The notes: generated by a model from the letters alone, not told the origin. Shown: positions 30,053 to 40,172, numbered from the stretch's first letter. The stretch is 64,000 nucleotides of DNA from Candidatus Chisholmbacteria bacterium (GCA_963704905.1 CAVPHZ010000002.1:292537-356536); one strand, 5' to 3'. A program made the numbers and translations.

Positions 30053-30663
30053 AACTCCCTCCTCCCTTCAAGTGATCGTGCCAATGTCACATCATCCGCG
30101 TACTCAATATCACCACCAACCGGCAAGCCACGGCCGATCCGGCTAATAGTCACCGAATGCTCGTTCTTCTCCATCTTTTCACGAACCATTTTTGCAATAA
30201 ACATCGCTGTTGCCTCCCCTTCCATGGTAGGGTTAGTTGCCAAAATTAGTTCAGAGATTTTACCATCTTCCAGACGGGGAAGCAATTCTCTGATATGTAG
30301 CTCATCAGGACCAATATTTCGAAGGGGTTCAATCCGGCCGTGTAAAACATGATAGAGACCGTTATACCCATCGCTGCGTTCGATCGCCATCACATCTAAA
30401 GGCTCCTCTACAATACACATGACTGTCTGGTCGCGAGACCTATCTGAGCAAATCTCACAGGGATCCTGCTCTCCCACATGGAAACAGACGGAGCAAACCT
30501 TCGTCTTTAGCTTCAACTCTTTCACAGCTTCAGAAAATTTTTCCAATTCTTTCTGAGGCACATGAAGAAGATAAAACGTGAGACGCTGGGCTGTCTTCGG
30601 ACCGATCCCGGGAAGCCGCTCAAAGGAGGAAATGAGTCGTTCTACCGCTTTAGGGACTTTCAT
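30049..30663 (-). CDS. recR: Recombination mediator RecR
   Basis: LPGIGPKTAQRL, C4 zinc finger, ATNPTMEGEATA, GLPVGGDIEYAD. Confidence 0.97.
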   Translation of the reverse strand: MKVPKAVERLISSFERLPGIGPKTAQRLTFYLLHVPQKELEKFSEAVKELKLKTKVCSVCFHVGEQDPCEICSDRSRDQTVMCIVEEPLDVMAIERSDGYNGLYHVLHGRIEPLRNIGPDELHIRELLPRLEDGKISELILATNPTMEGEATAMFIAKMVREKMEKNEHSVTISRIGRGLPVGGDIEYADDVTLARSLEGRREF

Positions 30664-30781
30664 TAATTATTTAAAAAGTTCTCGTGGCATTATAGCATGC
30701 AGAATTTGATTATGAAGTAACTGAAATTACAACATTCAGCGTTGTACCAATTGATACATTAACAGAACTAATGAATTTACT

Positions 30782-32050
30782 TTAGGTTCCCTCTTCCCAG
30801 CTTGTAAGATAGTTCTTCTGTTCCGCGGTCAGCGTATCAAAAGAAACACCCATTGCTCGAAGCTTTAACCTCGCCACACGTTTATCGATCCTCTGAGGAA
30901 GCTGGTACACCTGAGCTTGAAGTTTTCCTTTATTCAAAACAAAAAACTCGGCAGCCAACGCTTGATTAGCAAAACTCATATCCATCACTTCTGCTGGGTG
31001 CCCTTCAGCGGCAACTAAATTGACAAGTCGTCCTTCTCCAAGAACATAAATTCGTTTTCCAGAAGGCAGGGTAAATTCAGCCAAACTCTCCCGCAGCTCT
31101 CGCACTATTCGAGACTTCTTTCTCAGCTGTTCAACCTCAACCTCTACATTGAAGTGTCCGCTATTTGCGACAATCGCTCCATCCTTCATTCGCCGCATGT
31201 GAGTCATGCTAATGACACTTTTGTCTCCTGTTGCTGTGACAAAAACATCACCTAGCAGAGCGGCGTCCGCTATCGGCATCACCCGATACCCATCCATCAC
31301 CGCTTCAAGGGCTCGAACCGGATTAACTTCACAAATCACTACATTAGCACCCATTCCCTCTGCCCGCATGGCAATCCCTCGTCCACACCAACCATACCCG
31401 CACACAACAAACGTCTTGCCAGCAAGTAAGATATTTGTCGCGCGGAGAATCCCATCGATTGTCGATTGTCCGGTACCATAGCGATTATCAAACAAATGTT
31501 TGGTGTCACTATCATTGACAGCGATGACAGGAATCATAAGCGCCCCATCCTTCTCCATTGCTCGCAATCGAATAACTCCTGTGGTTGTCTCCTCGCTCGA
31601 TCCGATCACTTCAGTTAACTGTTTCTTCCGCTTAGTGTGCAGCATGCTGACTAAATCAGCGCCGTCATCCATCGTAATTTGTGGATGATAGTCCAAAACT
31701 TGGCGGATATGCTTGTAATATGTCGAATTATTCTCTCCATGGATGGAGTAGACTGGAACATTAAAGTCAACAACCAACGATGCGGCAACATCGTCTTGGG
31801 TGCTCAAAGGATTGCTGGCACACAGAGCCAGTTTTGCTCCCCCAGCCTTCAGTGCCAGCATCAAATTTGCCGTTTCACTTGTCACATGCAAACACGCACC
31901 AATGGTGAATCCTGAAAGCGGTTTCTGTTTGGAAAATCGTTTCTGAATCAATTGGAGTACAGGCATCTGTTGACCTGCCCACTCAATTTTCTTCTTTCCC
32001 GTACTGGCTAAGGAGCGGTCAAGGATATCGTATTGTGTTGAAACTGCCAT
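30782..32050 (-). CDS. ahcY: Adenosylhomocysteinase
   Basis: [52 protein letters not shown]. Confidence 0.97.
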   Translation of the reverse strand: MAVSTQYDILDRSLASTGKKKIEWAGQQMPVLQLIQKRFSKQKPLSGFTIGACLHVTSETANLMLALKAGGAKLALCASNPLSTQDDVAASLVVDFNVPVYSIHGENNSTYYKHIRQVLDYHPQITMDDGADLVSMLHTKRKKQLTEVIGSSEETTTGVIRLRAMEKDGALMIPVIAVNDSDTKHLFDNRYGTGQSTIDGILRATNILLAGKTFVVCGYGWCGRGIAMRAEGMGANVVICEVNPVRALEAVMDGYRVMPIADAALLGDVFVTATGDKSVISMTHMRRMKDGAIVANSGHFNVEVEVEQLRKKSRIVRELRESLAEFTLPSGKRIYVLGEGRLVNLVAAEGHPAEVMDMSFANQALAAEFFVLNKGKLQAQVYQLPQRIDKRVARLKLRAMGVSFDTLTAEQKNYLTSWEEGT

Positions 32051-32060
32051 AATGTATTAC

Positions 32061-33014
32061 CTACAAATGTAGTTGCTCGCCATAATTCTTCAAATAACGT
32101 TTTTCAAATTCCTGGACAGTAAACCGATGCGTCTGCGTACCGTGTTTTTCAACAGTATAGACCGCCGCAACGGAGCCCATTCTACCACACACAGTCAGAG
32201 GGTAACCGCGAACAAAACCAGCTATAAATCCAGCCCGATACGCATCCCCTGCCCCAGTAGGATCATTTGTATTTTTCGGTCTGGCCGGTGATATATCAAA
32301 CTTCTCTTTTCCTTGCCGCATCTGCGATCCCTTCGCTCCCAAAGTCGTAATCACAATGCGATCATCCGTAAAAAGCTGTGAAGATGTGAATTTCAACCGT
32401 TTTCGGAGTAGGCTAATTTCATAGTCATTCCCAATCACGACCAAAGCATGTGCAACTGCAAACCGTAGATCTGTAATGGAAAAATGAGGAATATTAAAGG
32501 CCGGGTCAAAGAGAAATGGCACCCGCAAGGATACAGCTTCTCGAACATAGCGCATCATCGCCGCTGGATCATTCGGTGCTATGACTAAAAACGTACGGGT
32601 TCCTAATTGTCTCCGCAGTGAAATCCCTCTGGATCGTTTCATCGCTCCTTCATAGAATCCCCAGATCTGATTGTCATCCTGATCGGTCATCACAAACCCA
32701 GCTGCAGTCGCCACAGTATCATGCTCGCGAATACCAGTAATGTTCAGGTGGGATAGTGAATGGAGATGTGCATGATATTCACCAAAATCATTTCCAACTG
32801 CTCCTATGAGATGAGTAGGAATAGTGAGAAGTGACAGTGAATACGCGATGTTTCCTCCCGTTCCCCCAAACTCACGCCGGAGTGTTTTCATGATAAAACT
32901 CACATTAATAATATGAAGTTTGTCAGGAAGGATGTGTTCTTTAAACCGTCCCGGCATAGACATGATTGTGTCATACGCTATCGATCCTGTGACAATGACG
33001 TTACGATATTTCAT
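32061..33014 (-). CDS. PfkB-family nucleoside (adenosine) kinase
   Basis: TGSIAYD.IM..PG.F..HILPD.LH..NVSF, GGTGGNIAY, DPTGAGDAYRAG (AdoK-type). Adjacent to ahcY. Confidence 0.88.
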   Translation of the reverse strand: MKYRNVIVTGSIAYDTIMSMPGRFKEHILPDKLHIINVSFIMKTLRREFGGTGGNIAYSLSLLTIPTHLIGAVGNDFGEYHAHLHSLSHLNITGIREHDTVATAAGFVMTDQDDNQIWGFYEGAMKRSRGISLRRQLGTRTFLVIAPNDPAAMMRYVREAVSLRVPFLFDPAFNIPHFSITDLRFAVAHALVVIGNDYEISLLRKRLKFTSSQLFTDDRIVITTLGAKGSQMRQGKEKFDISPARPKNTNDPTGAGDAYRAGFIAGFVRGYPLTVCGRMGSVAAVYTVEKHGTQTHRFTVQEFEKRYLKNYGEQLHL

Positions 33015-33242
33015 CAGAGCCCCCTATCCGAGTTTAAAAACTATACCTCTGCTTTTCGAAAGGCGTACCAAAACTCATTCAAAGAAATAGAGGTTTACGT
33101 ATCAAAGTAAAAAGCAAAGACAAAGACTCCAGCAACACAGTGGAAACCCGTTTATGGTTCCTGCTGCGGATAAGCAGAGCAATGGAACAAATAGATGCAG
33201 ATAGAGTCACAAGCTTTTCCGCACAAAGTAAATTACAAATTC

Positions 33243-33530
33243 CTACTGACTGCCCCCTCCCAGCAACCCACCAAGTCCACCTGAAAGTTCCTGCAGCTTC
33301 TTTGCTGCTATCTGCTGAGATTGTTGAATTGCTTTATTCAGTGCCGCAATTGCAGAATCACTCGAGTGCCCTTTCACTGAAAATTCTTTAATCTTTTGAT
33401 CTCCAGTGATGACAATCCGAATATCTCCTTCCTCAACCACTATTTCTTCTTTGGCAAGTTGTTTCTGAATCTGCATGGCTTGGTCTCGCATTTTCTTAAG
33501 ATCTCCAAGCTGTTTGAGTTTATCAATCAT
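33243..33530 (-). CDS. YbaB/EbfC nucleoid-associated protein
   Basis: AMQIQKQLA.E.I......I..TGDQKI. Downstream of dnaX, with GGAGG SD. Confidence 0.85.
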   Translation of the reverse strand: MIDKLKQLGDLKKMRDQAMQIQKQLAKEEIVVEEGDIRIVITGDQKIKEFSVKGHSSDSAIAALNKAIQQSQQIAAKKLQELSGGLGGLLGGGSQ

Positions 33531-33580
33531 AACGCCTCCTTTCTTCACAATTGACTACTTGGTAAATTGATTCAAGTCGC

Positions 33581-35239
33581 TCAATCACTCTCACTTCCAA
33601 ATATTTCTTCAGCTGCTTTCAAGATCTCATCATCCTCAACTGTACCACTAACATTCTCGTGTTCGACTTTCGTGGTCGGTTTTCGTGCTTGAGTTTTTCC
33701 TAAAATATACTGCAAACGCAAACCATCTGATAAAAGATGAGCAACAGCTTCTTCGACCATTGCACGATATCGAGGTAATTCTAACTGCTCCTTATGAAAC
33801 TGATACGCAACTTCTATGACAATCCTATCTTCTTCAAGCCTCAATGGACGAGCTGCCTTCAAAAGTGCCTCAACACTATGATTTTTCGGCCGTAATTTCG
33901 TGAGAATGTCCTGCCAACGTTGCTGTACATCTATAAATGTCACATCAGCTACTGAGCCCTTCTTTGCTGAACTCGCAACAGGTTGAGAATCATCCGTCTG
34001 TTCAGAACCCGATGGTAGATCATGATTACTTGGTTTATTTGATACTCGTTTTGAGGCTTTGCTACGCTCAGTTTTTTCCAACTCAAGTGTTGATTTGATA
34101 GTCGAAGCGTCCACACCATTTTTTCGATTGCTTTTATCTGCCCTAGGCGAACTCCGATCTAAATTATGTTCTAACCACTCTGCTGCAGCAAGTTCGAGCG
34201 GAAGTTCAGCGATCGGAGCGTTCCGCAACATTCGATGTGTATCAGAAAACAATCGGATGAGAACTTTAATATTTTGTAAATCAAACTGTCTCATCGCTTT
34301 TCCATCAAGTACGCCAACCTGCATCAGAAGTTGCCTGCGTAGATCCTCAAGCACTTCCCGAACAAACTGCTCTACAGAAAGCCCTTCGGAATGAATCTGA
34401 GCAATGATTGAAAAAGCCGTCTGTGCATCTGATTCTCCCAATGCAACAAGAAATTCCATCGCCTTTCCTTTTTCAAACATTCCAGAGATAGCCTGAACAT
34501 CAGCCAATGTAAGTTTCTGACGAGTTTTCTTATTAGCTGCTTTCCGCAATGAGAGCTGTTCGAGAATTTTCATTCCATCGCGAAAGCTTCCATCCACAGA
34601 CTTGGCAATCTCAGCCAGTACACCATCCTCTAAAAAGAGCTTTTCCGTCTTCGCGACCTTCGCAAGGCTATCAACAACTTCCTGGTTAGAAGCACGAGAG
34701 AACCGAATCACAGTACATCGAGAAACGATCGTATCTGGAACCCGTTCAATTTCAGTTGTGCACAATATGAACAGTGCATGACTCGGTGGTTCTTCAAGCG
34801 TCTTAAGGAGCGCATTAAATGCTTCCGTAGTTAACATATGTACTTCATCGATGATGTATACCTTATACGCAGCTTGCGAAGGAGCGAGCTTAATACGTTC
34901 TCGTAAGGCTCTGATATCATCAATTCCCCGATTGCTCGCAGCGTCTATTTCAAGCAGATCCAATGAGCTACCAGAAGCAAATGCGAGACAATTTTCACAC
35001 GTATTGCATGGTTCACCAAGTCCGCCAGTCTTACCTTTAATGACTGTTCTGTTCTTCTCACAATTAACTAATTTCGCTAAAATTCTGGCAGCTGAAGTCT
35101 TACCGGTTCCGCGTGGTCCTGCAAAAAGATACGCATGAGCGAATTGACCACTAGTCAAAATATGCCCAAGTTCCTCACGGACAGCTACTAAATCTAATTC
35201 CGAAATCGCCTGTGGTCGGTATGTAAGATAGAACGTCAT
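33581..35239 (-). CDS. dnaX: DNA polymerase III subunit gamma/tau
   Basis: YRPQ, GPRGTGKTS, EIDAASNRG, DEVHML..AFNALLKTLEEPP, SRC. Confidence 0.97.
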   Translation of the reverse strand: MTFYLTYRPQAISELDLVAVREELGHILTSGQFAHAYLFAGPRGTGKTSAARILAKLVNCEKNRTVIKGKTGGLGEPCNTCENCLAFASGSSLDLLEIDAASNRGIDDIRALRERIKLAPSQAAYKVYIIDEVHMLTTEAFNALLKTLEEPPSHALFILCTTEIERVPDTIVSRCTVIRFSRASNQEVVDSLAKVAKTEKLFLEDGVLAEIAKSVDGSFRDGMKILEQLSLRKAANKKTRQKLTLADVQAISGMFEKGKAMEFLVALGESDAQTAFSIIAQIHSEGLSVEQFVREVLEDLRRQLLMQVGVLDGKAMRQFDLQNIKVLIRLFSDTHRMLRNAPIAELPLELAAAEWLEHNLDRSSPRADKSNRKNGVDASTIKSTLELEKTERSKASKRVSNKPSNHDLPSGSEQTDDSQPVASSAKKGSVADVTFIDVQQRWQDILTKLRPKNHSVEALLKAARPLRLEEDRIVIEVAYQFHKEQLELPRYRAMVEEAVAHLLSDGLRLQYILGKTQARKPTTKVEHENVSGTVEDDEILKAAEEIFGSESD

Positions 35240-35317
35240 GCAAGAATCTTCCCTCTTCTTCTAACCAATAACAAGAACTGTATTGTAGGTCAATTTGAAG
35301 TTTGAGTCACGAGTAAT

Positions 35318-35713
35318 TCACTCTTGATTACCCATTAAGTTTTTTAACCCATGAATTGCCAGAGACTCTACCCGCTCATCCAAGAGCACATTCTCCTCAG
35401 CTGCTTGTTCGAGCGCGATAGGATAACAAATCACAATATCACCCAACTCAAATGGTGCATCAGGGTGAGTAACGAAACCTTGGTCACTCTCACCGAAAGT
35501 CTGCTGAGAAAATGCAAGCACATCTGTCGGACCAGTTTTTCCCATATAGTGGTTATGAAGGGTTGCCATTTTTCGGGTCCCAACAACCGCAACAGAAAGA
35601 TTTGCATCAGTTTGAAACTGAAAACCTTCCCATGCCCGCCCTAAAACCGCTCGTAAACGCTTACGATCAATGGGAAATTTTGAGTCGGCATGAATATCAA
35701 TTGTCAGGCCCAT
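35318..35713 (-). CDS. ybeY: rRNA maturation factor YbeY (degenerate Zn motif)
   Basis: PTDVLAF, LGDIVIC, HG. Two His of HxxxHxxGxxH are missing. Confidence 0.8.
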   Translation of the reverse strand: MGLTIDIHADSKFPIDRKRLRAVLGRAWEGFQFQTDANLSVAVVGTRKMATLHNHYMGKTGPTDVLAFSQQTFGESDQGFVTHPDAPFELGDIVICYPIALEQAAEENVLLDERVESLAIHGLKNLMGNQE

Positions 35714-35716
35714 AAG

Positions 35717-35905
35717 TCAAAATCTTGGCCGATGCTTTCTTCGTTCAAGCTCCTTTTTCCGTTCTTTTTTCTCCTCGCTGGGTTTCTTGTAATACTCTCG
35801 TTTTCGAAGTTCAGTAAGAATCTGACTTTCAAGTACTTTCTTCTTGAAACGACGAATGATACTATCAGCCTGTTCATCTGGTTTAGCTTTTACGACTGTA
35901 GCCAT
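35717..35905 (-). CDS. rpsU: 30S ribosomal protein S21
   Basis: IRRFKKKV....L.E.RKREYY.KPS. Confidence 0.92.
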   Translation of the reverse strand: MATVVKAKPDEQADSIIRRFKKKVLESQILTELRKREYYKKPSEEKKERKKELERRKHRPRF

Positions 35906-35927
35906 AATTCACAACTCCCCTCCCTTC

Positions 35928-36335
35928 TTACAATCTCATCATCTCTTCTCTGAGACGTTGAGCAATATGATTCATTTCTTCCTCACTGCATACTTGTACA
36001 TCTGATAAATCTGGCAATGGGCCATGCTGATCATCCGTGTACCTTGGAAGCACCCTGATATGTGCATGCTCCACTTCATGTCCTATTGTAAAGTACTGTG
36101 TCCAGAGTGATGCAAAAGCACGTTGCGCTGCCTTGCCAACACGCTTCGCAACTTCAAAATAATCACCAAATTCCTCGACATCATCGACCCATCGAACATG
36201 TTTCTTTGGAATAACCAAACTATTTCCGCGTGTGAGCGGTCTGGTATCTAACAATGACAAAAACCGATCATCTTCATACACAATATGTGCGGGTGATTTT
36301 TTTACGGTAATCATACAAAAAATACAGTCATCCAT
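35928..36335 (-). CDS. HIT family protein
   Basis: MDDCIFC, VYEDD, P...G..LVIPKKH, VEHAHIRVLPR. Confidence 0.88.
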   Translation of the reverse strand: MDDCIFCMITVKKSPAHIVYEDDRFLSLLDTRPLTRGNSLVIPKKHVRWVDDVEEFGDYFEVAKRVGKAAQRAFASLWTQYFTIGHEVEHAHIRVLPRYTDDQHGPLPDLSDVQVCSEEEMNHIAQRLREEMMRL

Positions 36336-36374
36336 ACATAATCTGTACCACACACGCTCAAACGGACGGTACTT

Positions 36375-36872
36375 CTATTTCAATTTATAACCAATATTTC
36401 GTAAAAATATTTTTCTTGCCCGCTGGTCATTCTGCGTTTCGACTCCTTTAGGAATCCCTCCATCAACCACACCCAAAATTGCTCTCCCCAATGATGTTTC
36501 TGCCACAATAATCTGCAATTGGTTAGCAGTTGCTACAAAAATGCTCACAACTTCAGCAACCTGCTTGAGCTTCGAAAGAATATTAATAGGATAGGCATCC
36601 TTCATAACGAGAAAAAAACTATGTCCGGCACCAACCGCCAAAGCATTGTTCTTAGCGATGGTGATCAAACGCTTCTGCGTTCCACTCGTACGAATGAGTT
36701 GTTCTCCAGATGCCTCACAAAATGCCAACCCAAACTGGGCCTGAGGAAGACTTGTTACCATCATTTCATGGATATCCTCAACTGTTTTAATAAAATGCGA
36801 CTGACCGATGATAATATTTAGATCTTCTGGTTTTTTTATTGATACAACTGACAATTCCATTGTGCTGTTCAT
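36375..36872 (-). CDS. Adenosine-specific kinase family protein (DUF355)
   Basis: NIIIGQSHFIKTVED, FGLAFCEASG, GAGHSF, YPIN, GRAILGVVDG. Confidence 0.88.
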   Translation of the reverse strand: MNSTMELSVVSIKKPEDLNIIIGQSHFIKTVEDIHEMMVTSLPQAQFGLAFCEASGEQLIRTSGTQKRLITIAKNNALAVGAGHSFFLVMKDAYPINILSKLKQVAEVVSIFVATANQLQIIVAETSLGRAILGVVDGGIPKGVETQNDQRARKIFLRNIGYKLK

Positions 36873-37702
36873 ACTGACTTTATAATATCAATCACCTCTT
36901 CCAGTGATAGCCGGGATGCTTTCATATCTGGATTCTTCGACGATCCATTCAGGATCAAGTGTTTACTCGGATGAAAATACCATGTAGCGTTCGAATCAGC
37001 TTCAGCTATTTTTTTATAGACATCCGTCAAATCAATTTCTGGATGAGGGGCAGCCTTAATTCGCACCATCCCGTTATGAGGATCTTTGCGAACAACAATT
37101 TGATGACCACTTTTAAGCGCATACTTTCCTGCCCCGGAATGGGAGGATAAAAGACCCAAAGACGATCCCCATTTGCTCTCAAACGTAAGTCCTTCTTTTA
37201 CTACTTCCTCAGCTGAAACTCGAAGGATGAAAGACATAAGTACCCCATCTAAACACTGCATCCCAAATCTCATAAGTTGCTCATCGTCAACAAAACCGCC
37301 CATCTTCATTCCATTCAGAACCTGATCAAGTGAAAAGAGATAGCGATCTTGTGTCGGTTCTGGCCAAAAAAACTCACGAAAATGATCGATATCGGTTATC
37401 AGGGCAATCATCCGCTCAAGTTCTACCTGATCCTTGATTTGATGTTTCGAAATGAGCCATTCCAGCACAAGAAGTGCTGCACAGGTATCAGTTTGTCCAA
37501 CATCTTCTTGATGATGGTCAAATTTCCCTAAACCCGTATCGACATGAACAGTGTTGTTGTCTTCATCCTTCAGGCGCTCTCCCGCTGGGACAAATGCAAA
37601 TGAAGCATGTTCAAATTCAGAACCACCGTACCGCACTAATAGCCATGCGGCAGTTATTGCATCTAAATCAGGATTAACATGGGTAACTATGGTCTTTGTC
37701 AC
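36869..37702 (-). CDS. DHH/MYG1-like phosphoesterase
   Basis: IVTH..PDLDA, VDTG.GKFDHHQ, CAA.LV, D. Confidence 0.75.
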   Translation of the reverse strand: MTKTIVTHVNPDLDAITAAWLLVRYGGSEFEHASFAFVPAGERLKDEDNNTVHVDTGLGKFDHHQEDVGQTDTCAALLVLEWLISKHQIKDQVELERMIALITDIDHFREFFWPEPTQDRYLFSLDQVLNGMKMGGFVDDEQLMRFGMQCLDGVLMSFILRVSAEEVVKEGLTFESKWGSSLGLLSSHSGAGKYALKSGHQIVVRKDPHNGMVRIKAAPHPEIDLTDVYKKIAEADSNATWYFHPSKHLILNGSSKNPDMKASRLSLEEVIDIIKSV

Positions 37703-37732
37703 TCACCATCCCCTCTTTTTCAATAACAAGTC

Positions 37733-37830
37733 CCCAGAATACCTACAAAGCACCTCTCCAAACACGAATGTGAGAGCTGCTAAGTAGCTGGGTAGTCCTT
37801 CCGGATTTCTACCGAATTGGTAGAAATATC
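37733..37830 (-). ncRNA. Unclassified structured RNA element (5' leader or small RNA)
   Basis: 9-bp hairpin ATTTCTACC/GGTAGAAAT plus an interrupted rod (CCCAG/CTGGG, CTAC/GTAG, AGCA/TGCT, CTCTC/GAGAG, ACA-TTCG-TGT). TATACT at 37842-37837. Confidence 0.55.
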
Positions 37831-37873
37831 GGGCCTAGTATAATTCTATACGAAGCAAGGAACAAGTACTAAT

Positions 37874-38881
37874 TTATGCCTCATTGAGATACTGATACAG
37901 TGCTCGAGCGAGTTTTTCAGAATCGTGTCGAACAATACTCCGTGTAAGTCGATCGCCTTTCACCTTACGGTGCATATGTTCTGAAATAAAGTCTCGCTTT
38001 ACGACGCGGTAAGGAACCTTCGACAGATTAATCTCAACTGGATGGGAGTGTTCCTTCGTATAAGAAGCCAGAACTGTGGCGGGAAAGTCAAAATTTCGAT
38101 TGACAAATACTGCATTAAGAATACTCGAGCCCAAATACTTCTCCACCTCATTAATATGATCCCGAGCGGAAAAACCATAGGTCTGACCCCATCGCGTCAT
38201 GAGATTCATGACATACACAACCCGACCCTTACTTTGTGCAATAGCTTGAGGTACTCCACCAATCACAACATCTGCTAATACGCTGGTATAAAGATCTCCA
38301 GGTCCCAGTACAATCAAATCAGCATTACGGAGTGCAGTGGCTGCATGAGTGTCAATAGTAGCGCGCGGCTTCGTCGAGAGTGAAACAATATGAAGCGATC
38401 CGTCATGCATTGGTTCGTCGATGTGATGCTCTCCAACGACTTTTCTCCCATCCTCATACTCGGCGACTAAATCAACAGCATCACTTGAAACAGGCAGGAT
38501 TTTCCCTCCTATGCGTAAGATTTTCCCTGTTTCTTCAATCGCATGCTCCTGAGAACCCAAGACATCTGCGAGGGCAGCCATAAATAAATTCCCGAATGTC
38601 ATTCCCGAAATACCTTTTCCTTGATGAAATCGATACATAAACAGCTTTCGTAAAATTTCGCTTTCCCCATTTGTCTCTGCCAATGCCACCATGCATTGAC
38701 GGATATCGCTGGTAGGAAGAAGCCCAAACTCATCCCTAATAACTCGATTACTGCCACCACTATCAGCCATTGAAACAATTGCAGTCAATTCAACGGGATA
38801 TTTCTTAAGACCTGTCAGGGCCACAAATGTCCCGGTCCCTCCTCCGATGACAACCACTTTTTTCTTTTTCTTGTTTTTCAT
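37874..38881 (-). CDS. YvcK/GlmR family (UDP-GlcNAc-binding gluconeogenesis factor)
   Basis: VVIGGGTG, MADSGGS, GNLF.AAL, GPGDLYTS, VRHDS.KLA. Confidence 0.9.
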   Translation of the reverse strand: MKNKKKKKVVVIGGGTGTFVALTGLKKYPVELTAIVSMADSGGSNRVIRDEFGLLPTSDIRQCMVALAETNGESEILRKLFMYRFHQGKGISGMTFGNLFMAALADVLGSQEHAIEETGKILRIGGKILPVSSDAVDLVAEYEDGRKVVGEHHIDEPMHDGSLHIVSLSTKPRATIDTHAATALRNADLIVLGPGDLYTSVLADVVIGGVPQAIAQSKGRVVYVMNLMTRWGQTYGFSARDHINEVEKYLGSSILNAVFVNRNFDFPATVLASYTKEHSHPVEINLSKVPYRVVKRDFISEHMHRKVKGDRLTRSIVRHDSEKLARALYQYLNEA

Positions 38882-38930
38882 GAATTTTGAGATTTGTTAC
38901 ATGCGGCAGTGAGCAGAAGACAGTTGATTT

Positions 38931-40166
38931 CTACTGGAATTTCTTCAACCTGTCAATTACTGAAGAGATTGTCAGCATCGCTGATTTCTCTGTATTGCGC
39001 AATTTCCACTCTACAACATTTTTAGTCTTTTCAGAAACAACTAACCGAACCGGGATTCCAATTAAATCTGCATCCGCAAACTTCTCACCTGCCCCGACAT
39101 CACGATCATCATAGAGAACGTCAACACCGGCAGACTGAAGCTTCTGATAAACCTGCTCTGCCTTGTCTGCCTCACCGATTTTAAGTAAATGGCAGGTAAA
39201 AGGAGAAACATTCGGATGCCAAATGATACCTCGATCATCATGACTAGTTTCAACCAATGCCCCCATCACCCGCGTCGAACCGATACCATAGCTACCAAAA
39301 TACGGATAGGTTTGATTGCCATGATCATCAGTGAAACGAACCTTCATTTTTTCACTATAGTATGTTCCAAACGGAAAGATGTTTCCTACTTCAATCGAAC
39401 TTGATGTCGCAATCGTACCTTTCCCGCAACGTGGACAAACACCGCCAATTTTCCCTGAAAATATCTCTTTATTTTCACCCCAGTCACATCGATCGCAATA
39501 GTAAATAGTATCTTCCCCTCCATCAGAAATCACTTGAAATTCATGCGTACGATTTTCGGTAAACACCCCACCGGAAGCCTCGATAACCCGGATTTCAAAC
39601 CCAAGTCGTTTGAAAATAGTTAAATATGCCTCTTTCACCAGTTTGTAATACTTCAAAAAATCTTCCTCAGTCGCATGAAGACTATATAAGTCTTTCATCA
39701 TGAACTCTCTACCCCGCAAGATTCCACTTCGGGCTCGTGCTTCGTTACGAAATTTAGTTGAAAAATGATAAAGCGCAACCGGAAGATCTTTATAAGTGCG
39801 AAGATGCTTTCGAATGAGATCAAGTAAAATCTCCTCATGAGTAAACGAAAGGGCATACTCCTTACTTCTACTATCTTTAAATTGATACATCACTTCTCGA
39901 GCTGTCTCCCATCTTCCTGTTTCATTCCATATAGTCTTCGGATGCAAAAGCGGCATGAGTACCTCCTGAGCGCCTGTTTTATTCATTTCTTCCCGTATGA
40001 TGGCATTGATTTTTTCAACCACACGAAATCCCAATGGCAGTAGCGTCCAACTCCCAGCCATAAGTTGATCGATATATCCTCCCCGTACCAGGAGTTGATG
40101 ATTAATGCTTTCTGCACCCTGCGGCGCTTCTCGAATGGTAGATGGAAAAAGTGACTGCTGTTTCAT
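38931..40166 (-). CDS. proS: Proline--tRNA ligase (short form, no INS editing domain)
   Basis: THEE, KFRNE.R.RSG.LRGREF.MKD.YS, IEVGNIF, GSYGIG, GEKFADADLIG.P. Confidence 0.95.
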   Translation of the reverse strand: MKQQSLFPSTIREAPQGAESINHQLLVRGGYIDQLMAGSWTLLPLGFRVVEKINAIIREEMNKTGAQEVLMPLLHPKTIWNETGRWETAREVMYQFKDSRSKEYALSFTHEEILLDLIRKHLRTYKDLPVALYHFSTKFRNEARARSGILRGREFMMKDLYSLHATEEDFLKYYKLVKEAYLTIFKRLGFEIRVIEASGGVFTENRTHEFQVISDGGEDTIYYCDRCDWGENKEIFSGKIGGVCPRCGKGTIATSSSIEVGNIFPFGTYYSEKMKVRFTDDHGNQTYPYFGSYGIGSTRVMGALVETSHDDRGIIWHPNVSPFTCHLLKIGEADKAEQVYQKLQSAGVDVLYDDRDVGAGEKFADADLIGIPVRLVVSEKTKNVVEWKLRNTEKSAMLTISSVIDRLKKFQ

Positions 40167-40172
40167 GCCAAA

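Noticed and set aside
37791-37813. SRP RNA (UCCGGAAGGA loop; dnaX nearby)
   Set aside because: The conserved CAGG/AGCA symmetric internal loop flanking that hairpin is missing.
37785-37856. Canonical guanine riboswitch (UCGUAUA, UUUCUACC, GACUAC present)
   Set aside because: P1 gives only 3 bp, there is no P2 stem, L3 lacks CC, and the likely TSS falls inside the putative aptamer. Kept only as an unclassified RNA.
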